This document shows, in pieces, positions 39,811 to 50,494 of a stretch of DNA of 64,000 bases. Within the stretch, counting starts at the first letter, position 1. Every line of letters starts with the position of its first letter. The notes under the pieces were generated by a model. That model ran no database searches, was not told the DNA's origin, and was given only the letters and a program-made list of their open reading frames with translations. The position numbers and the translations under genes are program-made. The stretch is taken from positions 501,067 to 565,066 of the forward strand of contig NZ_JADOER010000004.1 of the NCBI RefSeq assembly GCF_018739865.1. The letters are read 5' to 3'. The stretch is from Leptothoe kymatousa TAU-MAC 1615. Its GTDB lineage: Bacteria > Cyanobacteriota > Cyanobacteriia > Phormidesmidales > Phormidesmidaceae.

Positions 39811-40752
39811 ATGCCAACTATTTCCGTTGTTATTCCGCTCTACAACGCCGAGAAAACGATTCAACTCACCCTGGATTCTGTTTTCCAACAGACGTTTGCC
39901 GATTTTGAGCTAATTATTATTGACGACGGATCTACCGATGGATCCCTCGAAATTGTCAAGGCTTGTCAAGATCCAAGACTGCGCCTTTTCTCCTTTGAAA
40001 ATGCGGGGGCTGCCGCTGCGCGCAATCAGGGGATTGCCCGGGCTCAAGGGGACTATGTTGCCCTCCTAGATGCCGATGATGTGTGGACGCCGACAAAGCT
40101 TGCGGATCAGCTCGCTATTTTTCGCGAGCACCCCGAGACGGGCCTGGTCTACAGTTGGTCAGACTACATTGATGAAATGGGGGAGCCCGTGTGCCCAGGG
40201 AAGCGGGTGATTACCTCTAACGACTCTGAAGCCACCTATGGCAAGCTGCTGGTTTCCAACTTTCTTGAAAATGGTTCCACACCGTTGATTCCCCTCAAGG
40301 TATTAAGGGAGGTGGGTGGTTTTGATGAAACCCTAAGTAGTAGTCAGGACCTGGATTTATATTTGAAAATTGCCGCCCACCATAGCTTTGCAGCGGTGCC
40401 CAAGGTGCAGGTTTACTATCGCATTACCCCCGGTTCGATTACGTCTAAAATCGCCCGCAATGAACAAAAAGAGCTGGAATTTATCGATCGATTGTTCGCC
40501 AATGTCCCAGGCAAATTTCAGCACTTAAAGCGGCAAAAGCTCTCGAATCTCTATCGATATCTAATGTTGCGCTCCGTTGAAGATGGCGGCACCCTTGGGG
40601 ATAGTTTCAGAGCCCTCAGGTATTTGGGCTGCCATGTTTTTTATACCCCTTCAATTCTGCTTCAGCAGTGGAAGTTTCTGATGGTGATGGTGAGCAAAAT
40701 GCTCCTGGGTAGCGTGGCAAGGATAGGGGGGAATCCTGTTGCCAATCGCTAA
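39811..40752 (+). CDS. Family-2 glycosyltransferase (classic GT2)
   Basis: ISVVIPLYNAEKTIQLTLDSVFQQTFADFELIIIDDGSTDGS…LLDADD. Confidence 0.8.
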   Translation: MPTISVVIPLYNAEKTIQLTLDSVFQQTFADFELIIIDDGSTDGSLEIVKACQDPRLRLFSFENAGAAAARNQGIARAQGDYVALLDADDVWTPTKLADQLAIFREHPETGLVYSWSDYIDEMGEPVCPGKRVITSNDSEATYGKLLVSNFLENGSTPLIPLKVLREVGGFDETLSSSQDLDLYLKIAAHHSFAAVPKVQVYYRITPGSITSKIARNEQKELEFIDRLFANVPGKFQHLKRQKLSNLYRYLMLRSVEDGGTLGDSFRALRYLGCHVFYTPSILLQQWKFLMVMVSKMLLGSVARIGGNPVANR

Positions 40753-40871
40753 GCCCAGACCGATGCGCCCCTGTGAGTCTGCTCTAGGGACGTTGGCCCA
40801 AAAACTTAGGCTAAAAACTTAGGCTAAAAACTTGGCCCTTATCAATCTTTAATCGCTAACTAGTCGCAGAT

Positions 40872-41747
40872 ATGACCGCCTTAAACACTCCCCCTACCAT
40901 CTCTTCATCGCCGATTTTTGTGGTGGGGTGTGCCCGCTCTGGCACCACGTTGCTGCAAAGCTTGTTGGCCAGCCATCCTGAGATTGCTTCATTTCCGGAG
41001 TCGAAATTTTTTGTTGACCTGGTAAGGATGCCAGAGGAGCGATCGCGACGATATCAATGGGGCATTGTGGCTCCCCAACTGCGGTCTACCCTAGAAGCTT
41101 TTTTGGATGAGGTGGAGCACCCAGAGCTAAAACGTCAGCTGCCACGGTTACCCCTAATCAATTTATATGTGCAAAGCTTCAAGGCGATTTTTGCAAAATT
41201 GACCCAGCTCCAGGGAAAGTCTATCTGGCTAGAAAAAACCCCCGAACACCTACATCGGCTGAAATACATCGAGCACTATTTGCCAGGTGCCAAAATTATT
41301 CACATCGTCAGAAGTGGTACGGATGTGGTGGCGTCTCTCTATGACACCGCCCAGCGCTACCCGGAGCACTGGGGGACCACCTTTAAAACCGTGGATAGCT
41401 GCATTCAGCGGTGGACCGATGATATTGCCATTACCCAACGCCACTTACATAAGCCCAACCACACCCTGGTGTCTTACGAGCAGCTGGTCGACAACCCGAC
41501 CGCTGAGGTCAAACGCCTGTGCCAGTTTGTGGGGGTTTCGTTCGATGCCCATATGGTTGACAACTATCGGAATACGTCTAATCAGCTGGTGCGATCGCGC
41601 GAAGCTTGGAAAGCGACTAATAACCGAGCCATCCAAAACACCAACTCCCAAAAGTTTTTATCCGTCTTTACCCCAGAACAGCAAGCCCACATCCGCCAGG
41701 CCGTAGCCCAGGTAGATGTACCCACACTGCCCGCTCCAGTGGCATAA
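40872..41747 (+). CDS. Sulfotransferase family protein
   Basis: The 5'-PAPS-binding loop IFVVGCARSGTTLL is present, plus a sulfotransferase-like central region (KIIHIVRSGTDVVASL). 291 aa. Confidence 0.65.
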   Translation: MTALNTPPTISSSPIFVVGCARSGTTLLQSLLASHPEIASFPESKFFVDLVRMPEERSRRYQWGIVAPQLRSTLEAFLDEVEHPELKRQLPRLPLINLYVQSFKAIFAKLTQLQGKSIWLEKTPEHLHRLKYIEHYLPGAKIIHIVRSGTDVVASLYDTAQRYPEHWGTTFKTVDSCIQRWTDDIAITQRHLHKPNHTLVSYEQLVDNPTAEVKRLCQFVGVSFDAHMVDNYRNTSNQLVRSREAWKATNNRAIQNTNSQKFLSVFTPEQQAHIRQAVAQVDVPTLPAPVA

Positions 41748-41943
41748 TGAGATCCCGGAGCTCACCCCAGAATGGACATAAGCATCAAACACAGTCGGTA
41801 AACCGAACCTAGAATGGTTGGTTTCTAGTCTTGAAAAAGTGTCGAAAAATCAAAAAAATAGACACTAATATAGCAATCTGCTGACTACACCAGCAGACTG
41901 CGTTCCCATATTTGACAAACTCACACAAGGCAAGGAACTCACT

Positions 41944-43917
41944 ATGGCCACGGTTCTAGAGCAGGGCAACATCAGTATCCATACTGAGAATATTTTTCCC
42001 ATCATTAAAAAATGGCTCTATTCCGACCATGAAATCTTTCTACGGGAGCTCATCTCTAACGGTGTGGATGCCATCAGTAAGCTGAATATGGTGTCCCGCA
42101 GTTCTGAATTTACGGGTGAGGTCGGCGAACCCGAAATTTCCATCGCCATCGACAAAGAGGCCAAAACCCTCAGCATCACCGATAACGGTATCGGCATGAC
42201 CGCTGATGAAGTCAAGAAATACATCAACCAGGTTGCCTTTTCCAGTGCTGAAGAATTCGTTACCAAGTTCAAAGACAGCTCCGACGAAAACATCATTGGT
42301 CACTTTGGTCTAGGCTTCTACTCCTCCTTTATGGTGTCCGACCAGGTGGAAATCGATACCCTGTCCTATCAAGAAGGCGCCACCCCCGTTCACTGGAGCT
42401 GTGACGGCACCACCACATTTGAACTCAGCGATTCTGAGCGCACAGAGCGGGGCACCACCATCACCCTGCACCTGATGGAGGAAGAAGCTGAATATTTAGA
42501 AACAAACCGCATTCAGCAGCTGATCAAAACCTACTGCGACTTCATGCCGGTGCCCATCAAACTAGATGGAGAAGAGGCCAATAGGAAGATCGCCCCTTGG
42601 AAACAGTCCCCCAGTAGCCTCACCGACGAAGATTACCTAGAGCTATATCGCTACCTCTACCCCTTTCAAGAAGATCCCCTGCTGTGGGTTCACCTCAACA
42701 CCGACTATCCCTTTGTCGTTAACGGCATCCTTTACTTCCCCAAACTCAAGCCCGATGTGGATGTCACCAAGGGGCAGATTAAGCTTTTCTGCAATCAAGT
42801 ATTCGTCAGCGACAACTGCGAAGAAATCATTCCCCAGTTCTTGCTGCCGTTGCGCGGTGTTGTAGACAGTAGCGACATTCCCCTCAACGTCTCCCGTAGC
42901 TTTCTCCAGAACGATCGCACCGTTCGTCGCATTGCCGACTATATTGCCAAGAAAGTGGGCGACCGCCTGAAAGAGCTTTACCGTTCCGATAAGGCTAAGT
43001 ACATTGAGTGCTGGCAAGATCTGGGCACCTTCGTCAAATTTGGCTCCCTCAATAACGATAAATTCAAGCAGCAGATTGCCGACTTTATTATTTTCCGCAC
43101 CACCAACCAAGTGAGCGGCGATGAACCCAAAGTAGAAGTGCAAGCTGCAGAAGACGATGCTTGGCAGTCTGCCGAGGGCGAAAATGCGGCGGCAGATGCT
43201 AAAGGCAACCTATACACCACCCTCAAGGAATACCTAGAGCGCAATCAAGAAAAGCACGAAAACCGTGTTTTCTATGCCACCGATGAAGTCTCCCAAGCGA
43301 CGTATATCGACTTGCATAAGCGCCAGGGCCTAGAAGTCCTTTTCCTAGATTCCTTTATCGATACCCATTTTGTCCCCTTCCTAGAACGAGAATATTCCGA
43401 TGTTAAGTTCTCCCGTGTGGATTCCGACCTGGATAACACCCTAATTGACGAGTCCGGGGGGGACATTGTCGACCCTGCCACCAACCAAACCAAGGGGGAG
43501 CGGGTTAAGGAACTGTTTGAAAAGGCGTTAGCCAAGCCTAAGGTCACGATTCGTACCGATGCGCTGAAAGCCGATGATGCCCAAACAGCGCCTCCAGCCA
43601 TTGTGCTATTGCCCGAAGAAATGCGCCGCATGCAGGAAATGATGGCCATGATGCAGCAGCAAACGGCACAGTTTCCTGAAGAACATACGCTGCTGGTAAA
43701 TACGGCCCATCCCTTGATTCAAAACTTGCTAGACATGAGTCAAGGCACCATTGTTCAGGCCGATGGCACCGCGTCCCCCACGACCGCAATGGCTAATATG
43801 ATTTGCCAACATGTCTATGATTTGGCACTCATGGCCCAAAAAGGCTTTGACGCTGATGGAATGAAGTCCTTTGTGGAGCGTTCTAATAGCTTGCTAACGG
43901 GTCTAACTAAGGCCTAG
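41944..43917 (+). CDS. htpG: Molecular chaperone HtpG (Hsp90)
   Basis: N-terminal GHKL ATPase (HTENIFPIIKKWLYSDHEIFLRELISNGVDA…GIGMT). 657 aa. Confidence 0.9.
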   Translation: MATVLEQGNISIHTENIFPIIKKWLYSDHEIFLRELISNGVDAISKLNMVSRSSEFTGEVGEPEISIAIDKEAKTLSITDNGIGMTADEVKKYINQVAFSSAEEFVTKFKDSSDENIIGHFGLGFYSSFMVSDQVEIDTLSYQEGATPVHWSCDGTTTFELSDSERTERGTTITLHLMEEEAEYLETNRIQQLIKTYCDFMPVPIKLDGEEANRKIAPWKQSPSSLTDEDYLELYRYLYPFQEDPLLWVHLNTDYPFVVNGILYFPKLKPDVDVTKGQIKLFCNQVFVSDNCEEIIPQFLLPLRGVVDSSDIPLNVSRSFLQNDRTVRRIADYIAKKVGDRLKELYRSDKAKYIECWQDLGTFVKFGSLNNDKFKQQIADFIIFRTTNQVSGDEPKVEVQAAEDDAWQSAEGENAAADAKGNLYTTLKEYLERNQEKHENRVFYATDEVSQATYIDLHKRQGLEVLFLDSFIDTHFVPFLEREYSDVKFSRVDSDLDNTLIDESGGDIVDPATNQTKGERVKELFEKALAKPKVTIRTDALKADDAQTAPPAIVLLPEEMRRMQEMMAMMQQQTAQFPEEHTLLVNTAHPLIQNLLDMSQGTIVQADGTASPTTAMANMICQHVYDLALMAQKGFDADGMKSFVERSNSLLTGLTKA

Positions 43918-43956
43918 GAGCTGGGTTGGAGGATAGGCCTTCAACCGCTAAAACCA

Positions 43957-44006
43957 ATCCTGCTGGTCAAATGCGAGGTTAGTAGCCTGCCATGGACCAG
44001 CAGGAT
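43957..44006. terminator. Perfect 12-bp inverted repeat (ATCCTGCTGGTC…GACCAGCAGGAT) with a 26-nt loop downstream of htpG. A terminator or regulatory hairpin
   Basis: Read directly. Confidence 0.4.
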
Positions 44007-44181
44007 ATTTACTAGCAGGATAAAGCTGCCGTTGCTTATTCAAGGCCCAAGTCGCTCTGTCGAGTTGGCCCATGGCCTAGATATTGAGAATAAAATCATA
44101 CTGGGGATCGGCAACGCCATAAATTTAAGGGCACACTTTACTCGGATGCGGCTTCAATTCTGTTAGTCAGACCTTAGGGAT

Positions 44182-44895
44182 ATGATTATTTCTCATAAAT
44201 ATAAGTACATTTTTATCAAAACCACGAAGACCGCAGGTACCAGTGTCGAAATTGCCCTGTCCAAATTTTGTGGTGAAGATGATGTGATTACGCCCCTCAT
44301 GGCAAAAGATGAGGTGATGAGGAAAAAACAGGGGGGCATGGGGCCGCAAAACTTTGAACATCGCCGCAAGTTGAGCGAATACTATAAAGGGGATTGGTGG
44401 CGTTTAGTGACCCAGGGCAAGCGGCCAAAACATACCTTGTTTTGGAATCACATTACGGCTAAACAAATCAAAGCAAGAATCTCGCCCGATATTTGGAATA
44501 GCTACTATAAATTCTGTTTTGTGCGTAATCCGTGGGATAGAGCAGTCTCGAGATATTTTTGGAATATAGAACGGGACGGTGTTCAAGAAAATCTAGACGA
44601 CTCATTGCAAAACAACGACCCCAACTCTAACTTTGAGATTTACTCCATAGATGGTCAAGTCGCCGTGGATTTTGTGGGTAAGTACGAGAATCTGCTGGCA
44701 GATTTAACCACCGTCTGTGAGAAATTAGATATTCCTTTTGGTGGAGAATTGCCTAGGGCAAAAGGTACATCCAGGAAAACCAAAAAGCATTATTCCGATA
44801 TTCTCAGCGCTGCCCAGGCAGACTATATTCGTCAAAAATGCTCCCAAGAAGTTGAGCTATTCGATTATCAGTATGCAAAAGCCAGCCAGGTGTAG
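44182..44895 (+). CDS. Putative carbohydrate sulfotransferase (family-2 or Gal-3-O-sulfotransferase-like)
   Basis: 5'-PSB-like loop IFIKTTKTAGTSVE near the N-terminus, plus later conserved-looking Trp/Arg positions (WNHITAKQ, RNPWDRAVSRY). 237 aa. Confidence 0.45.
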   Translation: MIISHKYKYIFIKTTKTAGTSVEIALSKFCGEDDVITPLMAKDEVMRKKQGGMGPQNFEHRRKLSEYYKGDWWRLVTQGKRPKHTLFWNHITAKQIKARISPDIWNSYYKFCFVRNPWDRAVSRYFWNIERDGVQENLDDSLQNNDPNSNFEIYSIDGQVAVDFVGKYENLLADLTTVCEKLDIPFGGELPRAKGTSRKTKKHYSDILSAAQADYIRQKCSQEVELFDYQYAKASQV

Positions 44896-45116
44896 AAAAG
44901 CGCGTATATCTTGCTGGGAAAATTTATCTGTGGGAATAGGCCGTTTTTAGAGCCGAACGGCTCACTGCGCCGTTGCGCTATATACCGAACATTAGTAAAA
45001 TTGTAAGCTGCTCTATTTATTTGCGAGTCCAAGGAATGCTGCCTGTGGGTGAAGCAAAGTCAAAATGAGTGCAAACAATAGTTTCGGTTGCTTCAGTTCT
45101 TTAGGAGTTGGTTTTC

Positions 45117-45353
45117 ATGAGTCGTAAATGTGATTTGACTGGCAAAAAGGCAAACAATGCGTTTGCAGTGTCGCACTCCCATCGACGTACCAAGCGTCTG
45201 CAGGGTGCTAACTTGCAGGATAAGCGAGTGTGGTGGCCCGGTGGCAAGCGTTGGGTAAAGCTGCGTCTATCGACCAAAGCGATCAAGACCCTTGAGAAGA
45301 AAGGTCTTGAGGCGATGGCTCGGGATGCGGGCATTGACTTAAATAAGTATTAA
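45117..45353 (+). CDS. rpmB: 50S ribosomal protein L28
   Basis: [71 protein letters not shown] 8 nt upstream. Confidence 0.9.
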   Translation: MSRKCDLTGKKANNAFAVSHSHRRTKRLQGANLQDKRVWWPGGKRWVKLRLSTKAIKTLEKKGLEAMARDAGIDLNKY

Positions 45354-45364
45354 GTAGGGTTAGT

Positions 45365-45403
45365 GCTGAAAATAGCTAATTACTTGTGATTTTCAGCTTT
45401 TAA
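45365..45403 (+). terminator. rpmB intrinsic terminator (9-bp stem GCTGAAAAT/ATTTTCAGC, then a T-run)
   Basis: Read directly. Confidence 0.6.
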
Positions 45404-45442
45404 CGTTCGCTTCGTTAATTTGAAAGCAACTCCAAATTTATT

Positions 45443-45482
45443 GTGCGGTCGTTCAATGCAATTGAACGACCGCACAGTTTTT
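45443..45482 (+). terminator. Perfect 16-bp-stem hairpin (TGTGCGGTCGTTCAAT-gca-ATTGAACGACCGCACA) followed by GTTTTTA. A second strong terminator or regulatory hairpin
   Basis: Read directly. Confidence 0.6.
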
Positions 45483-45951
45483 ATGGCCAACAATGGCGTT
45501 ATGGTCGTTCTAAGAAGTAGATGAATATACTGAATTTTTGACGACGTTCTGAAAGTTTTGCTACAACGTTTAAACACCACAAAACCCTGGGAAATATCAG
45601 GAAAATTCATGATAAGTTCATCAGTCCTTAATGTTGGCTGTCGATGCTGGTTAAAGGTCTGAACCTTTAAACCCTCAAGACATTGGCCGTATTTTAGAAT
45701 TTTGAGCTTATTTATGGGTTTGTCGTTGTAAGTCAATTTATCCAATGGCTTTCAGGGCTATGGCTGAATTTTATTTGCAATTAAGATTTGTGGAAGTATT
45801 TATCCCTCGATGGGGTAACCTCTACCTTGCATGCACTGATTAGTCGCAGCTTGGCAGTTCTAGTGTGTTGCATCTCTGTTGATGAAAGTCGCGATCGCAA
45901 AATGCGAGTAGCAATTTAAGTACTTGATCATCCTCCGTTTTTGATTGACTT

Positions 45952-48900
45952 ATGGGCCGTCGAAACTTTAATTGGCAAAGAATCAAGCAGCGTCCGCTCA
46001 ACTATTTCATGTCGAGCGTTCTGCGATGGCTGATGTTGCTGTCAAAAACTGCCAAAACATCAAGTGCAGGTTTTGTATTGCCAACTACGGTGCTACTGCT
46101 ACTAGTGGTTAGCTTGACCATGGGAGCCCTCAGCTTCCGATCTTTTAGTCGAGTTGAACGCACCATCGCGATCCGTGATCAAAAAATTGTTGATAGTTTT
46201 GCCGCACCAGCCATCGATAGGGCCAAAGCGAAACTAGAGTATCTATTTACCCAAGACGATCGGGTTGCTACCAAGCGGCCGCCTTCTAGCGATGACCTTT
46301 TCCAGGCCCTAACTTCCCAGACGGCTTCAGGTTCTGCAGTAGATCCCTACACCCTGCCAGATGAAACTGCTCTTGATATTGATGGAAATCCTGGTGTTGA
46401 TCCGGCATGGTCATTTGAGTTTGAAGGCAACACTGTTGTCTATTCTTTGCTAGTCGCCCATGAAAGACCGGTTCTTGGTGGTGGTACCGGAACGGTTTCT
46501 TTATCCAATGATGATGCTTCAGCCAAAGCAGAGGTCTTAGTTACTCGCAATGCTCCGATCACCACAACAGATGGCGGCTTTGGCTGTGCTATTTCTCGTT
46601 TAGCTGGTGATGGGTGGCAAGAAGGCCCCTCAAATCTTCAAAAGAATTTTCAGGTCAATGTGTTGACCATTAAGGGGGCTGGTGGACCGAACAAAACTGT
46701 TAGCGCAGCTGAATATCAGCAGGTGCGTAGTTCGCCAAAGGGTAATAAATTTGGGGCATATTTCAGATATGACCTAGATATCTCTCCTGGTGATCCGTTC
46801 CGGTGGAATGGTGCAATGCATTCGGAGTCTAATGTTATTGCAGGGCGAAATTTACAGGCCTATCTAGTTAGTTCCCCCGAGTCTTGTATTTTCAGTCCAG
46901 ATAGCTCTGAAATTACCATTAGCGAATCTGATTTTGATGGCGATGGTACGGGCGATTACAGGGGCAACTTAATTGCCGGTGTTGTTCGAGATAATGCTTT
47001 TGATATCGATGATGCCGTCAGATTTCATACGGATGCAGCGCTCGATGCAGCTGGCAATGTGACTGTAACCGAAGTCAACTTTGATGAAACAATAGATTCA
47101 GTTAATGCTAGTAATAATGCTCAGAATCTAGATGATACCTATGCCGATCCGGTTCAAATTTTTACGGAAGACGTGACGAAGCAGTTAGATGGCAGTACTT
47201 GGACTGCTGTGTACCCTATTGGTGATACGACCAAAAAGCTGTTAGACGATCGTGTTCTTAATAAAGATGACACTACCCGTCCGTTCTTGGATGATGGGTA
47301 TAGAGCGGATGATAGATATGGTCCCAAACCCCGCTATAACGCCTCGAAAGACTTGGCTGGTAATCTTATTGGCGCACAGATTCCGCTTTCTGATGTTGAG
47401 TTAACGGGCTTTGATAAGGCGGCTGGGGAATATGGCCTTGATGGCTATTGGGAAAGACGTTCTATTGCTGAAGGTTTGAGGGTTATTGTTGGTCAACGCT
47501 TAGAGCTGGGTAATCAGTTTGGTTGGAAAGGTCAAGAAGCTGATCCGAACGATAACGATCCTCTTTATCCGCCTGCTACGATCACTGAACTAGTCAGGAA
47601 CAATGATGGTAAGCGATTGAAAGGTCCTTCTGAAGCCAGGCAGCAAAAAAGCTTGCGGGATAACCTTTCGGCCGTTCAGGGAATGGTGGCTTATCACTAT
47701 TCCGTCAATGATGGTGAGATTCCATACTTTTGTATGGCGTCGACGGTGCACCCAGGGACTCAACAGTCTCTAATTGACAGCCGAACGTTTAATAATTATC
47801 CATCTCCTGCTGCTCGTAAAGAAATCAATTTCTTTACAGGGCACGGTACTAACGGTTGGGAATTTAATTTTCCCTATACAGCTGGTGACTATGCCAGTGG
47901 TCAACCCTTGGGCGATGCCTTGAGAAACCTTAAAAATTTTGCTGGAGATCCTCAAGGGGGGGCGCCGTCCTTTACTCCCGTCCAAGGAGAACAAGGGCAG
48001 CCAGATGAGTTTGTTCATCCTTATCCCTATTTGGCTATGTGGGGAGACTTTTCAGTTCTGCGACGTATTTTGGATTTGGGTACTCCCTATAGCGATCTAA
48101 GCCCTGCTGATAAATCAACCCTTGATAGCACTGCTTGCACCCTTGGTATGCTGGCAAGAAATGTTGAGGATCTGAAGGAGGAATATACCGCTATTACCTC
48201 AGATGGTGCCGTTTTAGATGATATTGCAACGGCCCTTGGTACGGTTACTCCTGGTGGTCAGGCAAGTGAGTGGTTAGCTCCGTTACCTGACCCAGACGAT
48301 CCGTTGACAACAGCAACTGATGCTCTGTTGACTCGGAGAGCTAGGGTTCTAGCCTTGTATCGACAAATTGTTCGCGACAGAAGGTTTGGTTTCCTAGTCC
48401 CAATTACAAATACATGTGTAGCAGCCACTGATTTTGCTAATGCTTCTGCAGCTAATCAGACTAAGTTGATGGATGCGTTTTGCTCCACTGCTCAACTGCC
48501 AGCGTATCCATCTCTTTACTATGTATTGCCTGAATTTAAGCATGAACAGGCCGGAGATGATGGCACTACAGGTACAGCAGGATATGCAACTTTTGACACC
48601 ACTCAGCCAGCTGGCGAGGAGTACATATCTGAAGGAGGGGCGGCTACCAAGTATGTTTTTGATACTGCCGTAACCACTGATGTGAATAATGCAGTTGTTT
48701 ACGAGGCCATTGATACAAGTCTTCTGGATTTAACTCCTGCTGCATCACCTAATGATTTTCAGCAACCAACTGCTTCTGGCGGTGGTTTAGTTGCCCCCAA
48801 TGACTTTGCTTCTACAACGGCAACAGATGATGAAATTCGTAAGAGTCTTACCCAGAGTGAAATTAAGGATGGGGCAACTGTCTATGAACTTGCATTTTTA

Positions 48901-50481
48901 GACAAGGCAATGATGGATGGTCGTCAGCAAATTAATGTAAGAGTTTTAGATCTGGACATTGGTAAGCTGACCCTGGATAAGCCAGCTGCATTCGGCAAGG
49001 ATTCAAGTGGTCTAGATGTTACTTGGATTCCTGAAGAAGAAGGTCTTTTTTATGCTGCTCGGGAAGATGCTGTGCGAGAGGATAGCGTTGTTCGCCCAAG
49101 ACGAGATACTTGGGCGAACTGTCAGAACTTTGCGAACCTGCAAACTGGCAACTGCACCATGGATATTGAACCAACTCAAGCAAATCAGGTTGGGACCTAC
49201 GACCCTCCTCTCAATTCAACAAACTCCATTAGTCCTAAGCCGGTTGATATGTATCCAGACCCAGACCGACGCCCCCATGGTTTTCGACTGGTGAATGGAT
49301 ATAACTTGAACCGTTCAGGTGATGATAAAGCAGCCGGCATATCTTTTATTACCGATAATCCGGCCTATATCTACGGGGACTTTAACCTGCATCAATCCTA
49401 TGGTACTCCAGTAGATCCAGCGACTGGGACCCCTACGGTGATTGAGGAATTTACCACCACCCTTGATACCACCTTTGCATCTTATGGTACTGGTAATGCT
49501 GATCGAACAGCTGCCAAAAACCTCTTTTACGGTCGAGACACCTTAGACACTAGATTCGCGGATGGTGACGAAGATACTTGGAGAGCGGCTGAAATTTTTG
49601 CAGATTCCATCACTATCCTTTCTAATGAATTTAGGGATGGCTGGATAGAAGATGCCTACATACACGGCATTGGAGCTTCAGTAGGGGTACCAAAAGTTGC
49701 CTCCTCCTATGTCAACTACAACCGCTCCAATAAAACGGCTGATGAGAGTCCAGATCGTTGGCTACGGGAAGATAGCATTGATGCTGCTCAATGTGACACT
49801 GCCACTGGTGGCGATTGTTCTTTACCAATTCGGTTTAATCGAAACGGGGTATCTAAAGGTTGGAAGAATAGTGCTGCAACCGGCCTCCCTGCCATAACCT
49901 GTGCAGCTAGTGCATTTGGGGACTATCCAAACTGTTTTAATAACGACTTTATCGATGTTAATGACACATCAATAAGTAAGACAGCCCCAAATGACATTGC
50001 AAATGCCATTAAAGAAGAGCGTCAAAAAAATCAGGTGACTCCACCAGATAATGTGCGTGTGAATGCTTTGCTGGTTGCTGGTATTGTTCCAATGCGTCAA
50101 AACCAGACCTACGGTGGCATTCAAAACTTTCCAAGACTATTGGAGTATTGGGAAAATAAGAACCTGATTATTTCAGGCGGTTTCTTCCAGTTGAACTTTA
50201 GTACCCAAGCAACAGCTCCCCAGGATCAGGATGCTTGGGAGCCTGGAGCTGTACCCATAGCAGGATTGAACAAAAACCCTTTCTACAACCCAGCTAAACG
50301 TATTTGGGGTTATGACGTGGCTTTCCAATACACCAGTGTGGCGCCCATTGCCCAGAGATTTGTCTCGGTGGGTCGTCCTCGAAGTGAGTTCTATCGTGAG
50401 CTACCTCTAGATGATGCTTACATTCAAAATTTGTGCGCAGCTACAGATGCTGGTGGCAATGCTGTAATTTCCTGCAATTAG
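45952..50481 (+). CDS. Giant (1509-aa) secreted or membrane-anchored protein, an HpsA-like candidate. The N-terminal hydrophobic segment is weakly prepilin-like, and the protein is Gly/Asp/Thr/Asn-rich with no enzymatic motif
   Basis: N-terminus …SSAGFVLPTTVLLLLVVSLTMGALSF. Long low-complexity extracellular-type sequence. Immediately followed by four pseudopilin genes in the same orientation. Confidence 0.6.
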   Translation: MGRRNFNWQRIKQRPLNYFMSSVLRWLMLLSKTAKTSSAGFVLPTTVLLLLVVSLTMGALSFRSFSRVERTIAIRDQKIVDSFAAPAIDRAKAKLEYLFTQDDRVATKRPPSSDDLFQALTSQTASGSAVDPYTLPDETALDIDGNPGVDPAWSFEFEGNTVVYSLLVAHERPVLGGGTGTVSLSNDDASAKAEVLVTRNAPITTTDGGFGCAISRLAGDGWQEGPSNLQKNFQVNVLTIKGAGGPNKTVSAAEYQQVRSSPKGNKFGAYFRYDLDISPGDPFRWNGAMHSESNVIAGRNLQAYLVSSPESCIFSPDSSEITISESDFDGDGTGDYRGNLIAGVVRDNAFDIDDAVRFHTDAALDAAGNVTVTEVNFDETIDSVNASNNAQNLDDTYADPVQIFTEDVTKQLDGSTWTAVYPIGDTTKKLLDDRVLNKDDTTRPFLDDGYRADDRYGPKPRYNASKDLAGNLIGAQIPLSDVELTGFDKAAGEYGLDGYWERRSIAEGLRVIVGQRLELGNQFGWKGQEADPNDNDPLYPPATITELVRNNDGKRLKGPSEARQQKSLRDNLSAVQGMVAYHYSVNDGEIPYFCMASTVHPGTQQSLIDSRTFNNYPSPAARKEINFFTGHGTNGWEFNFPYTAGDYASGQPLGDALRNLKNFAGDPQGGAPSFTPVQGEQGQPDEFVHPYPYLAMWGDFSVLRRILDLGTPYSDLSPADKSTLDSTACTLGMLARNVEDLKEEYTAITSDGAVLDDIATALGTVTPGGQASEWLAPLPDPDDPLTTATDALLTRRARVLALYRQIVRDRRFGFLVPITNTCVAATDFANASAANQTKLMDAFCSTAQLPAYPSLYYVLPEFKHEQAGDDGTTGTAGYATFDTTQPAGEEYISEGGAATKYVFDTAVTTDVNNAVVYEAIDTSLLDLTPAASPNDFQQPTASGGGLVAPNDFASTTATDDEIRKSLTQSEIKDGATVYELAFLDKAMMDGRQQINVRVLDLDIGKLTLDKPAAFGKDSSGLDVTWIPEEEGLFYAAREDAVREDSVVRPRRDTWANCQNFANLQTGNCTMDIEPTQANQVGTYDPPLNSTNSISPKPVDMYPDPDRRPHGFRLVNGYNLNRSGDDKAAGISFITDNPAYIYGDFNLHQSYGTPVDPATGTPTVIEEFTTTLDTTFASYGTGNADRTAAKNLFYGRDTLDTRFADGDEDTWRAAEIFADSITILSNEFRDGWIEDAYIHGIGASVGVPKVASSYVNYNRSNKTADESPDRWLREDSIDAAQCDTATGGDCSLPIRFNRNGVSKGWKNSAATGLPAITCAASAFGDYPNCFNNDFIDVNDTSISKTAPNDIANAIKEERQKNQVTPPDNVRVNALLVAGIVPMRQNQTYGGIQNFPRLLEYWENKNLIISGGFFQLNFSTQATAPQDQDAWEPGAVPIAGLNKNPFYNPAKRIWGYDVAFQYTSVAPIAQRFVSVGRPRSEFYRELPLDDAYIQNLCAATDAGGNAVISCN

Positions 50482-50494
50482 TAGAGGTTGTTCA

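Noticed and set aside
45380-45745. 121-aa minus-strand ORF downstream of rpmB
   Set aside because: It spans two strong terminator hairpins and AT-rich DNA. No RBS and the protein is low-complexity. Likely spurious.
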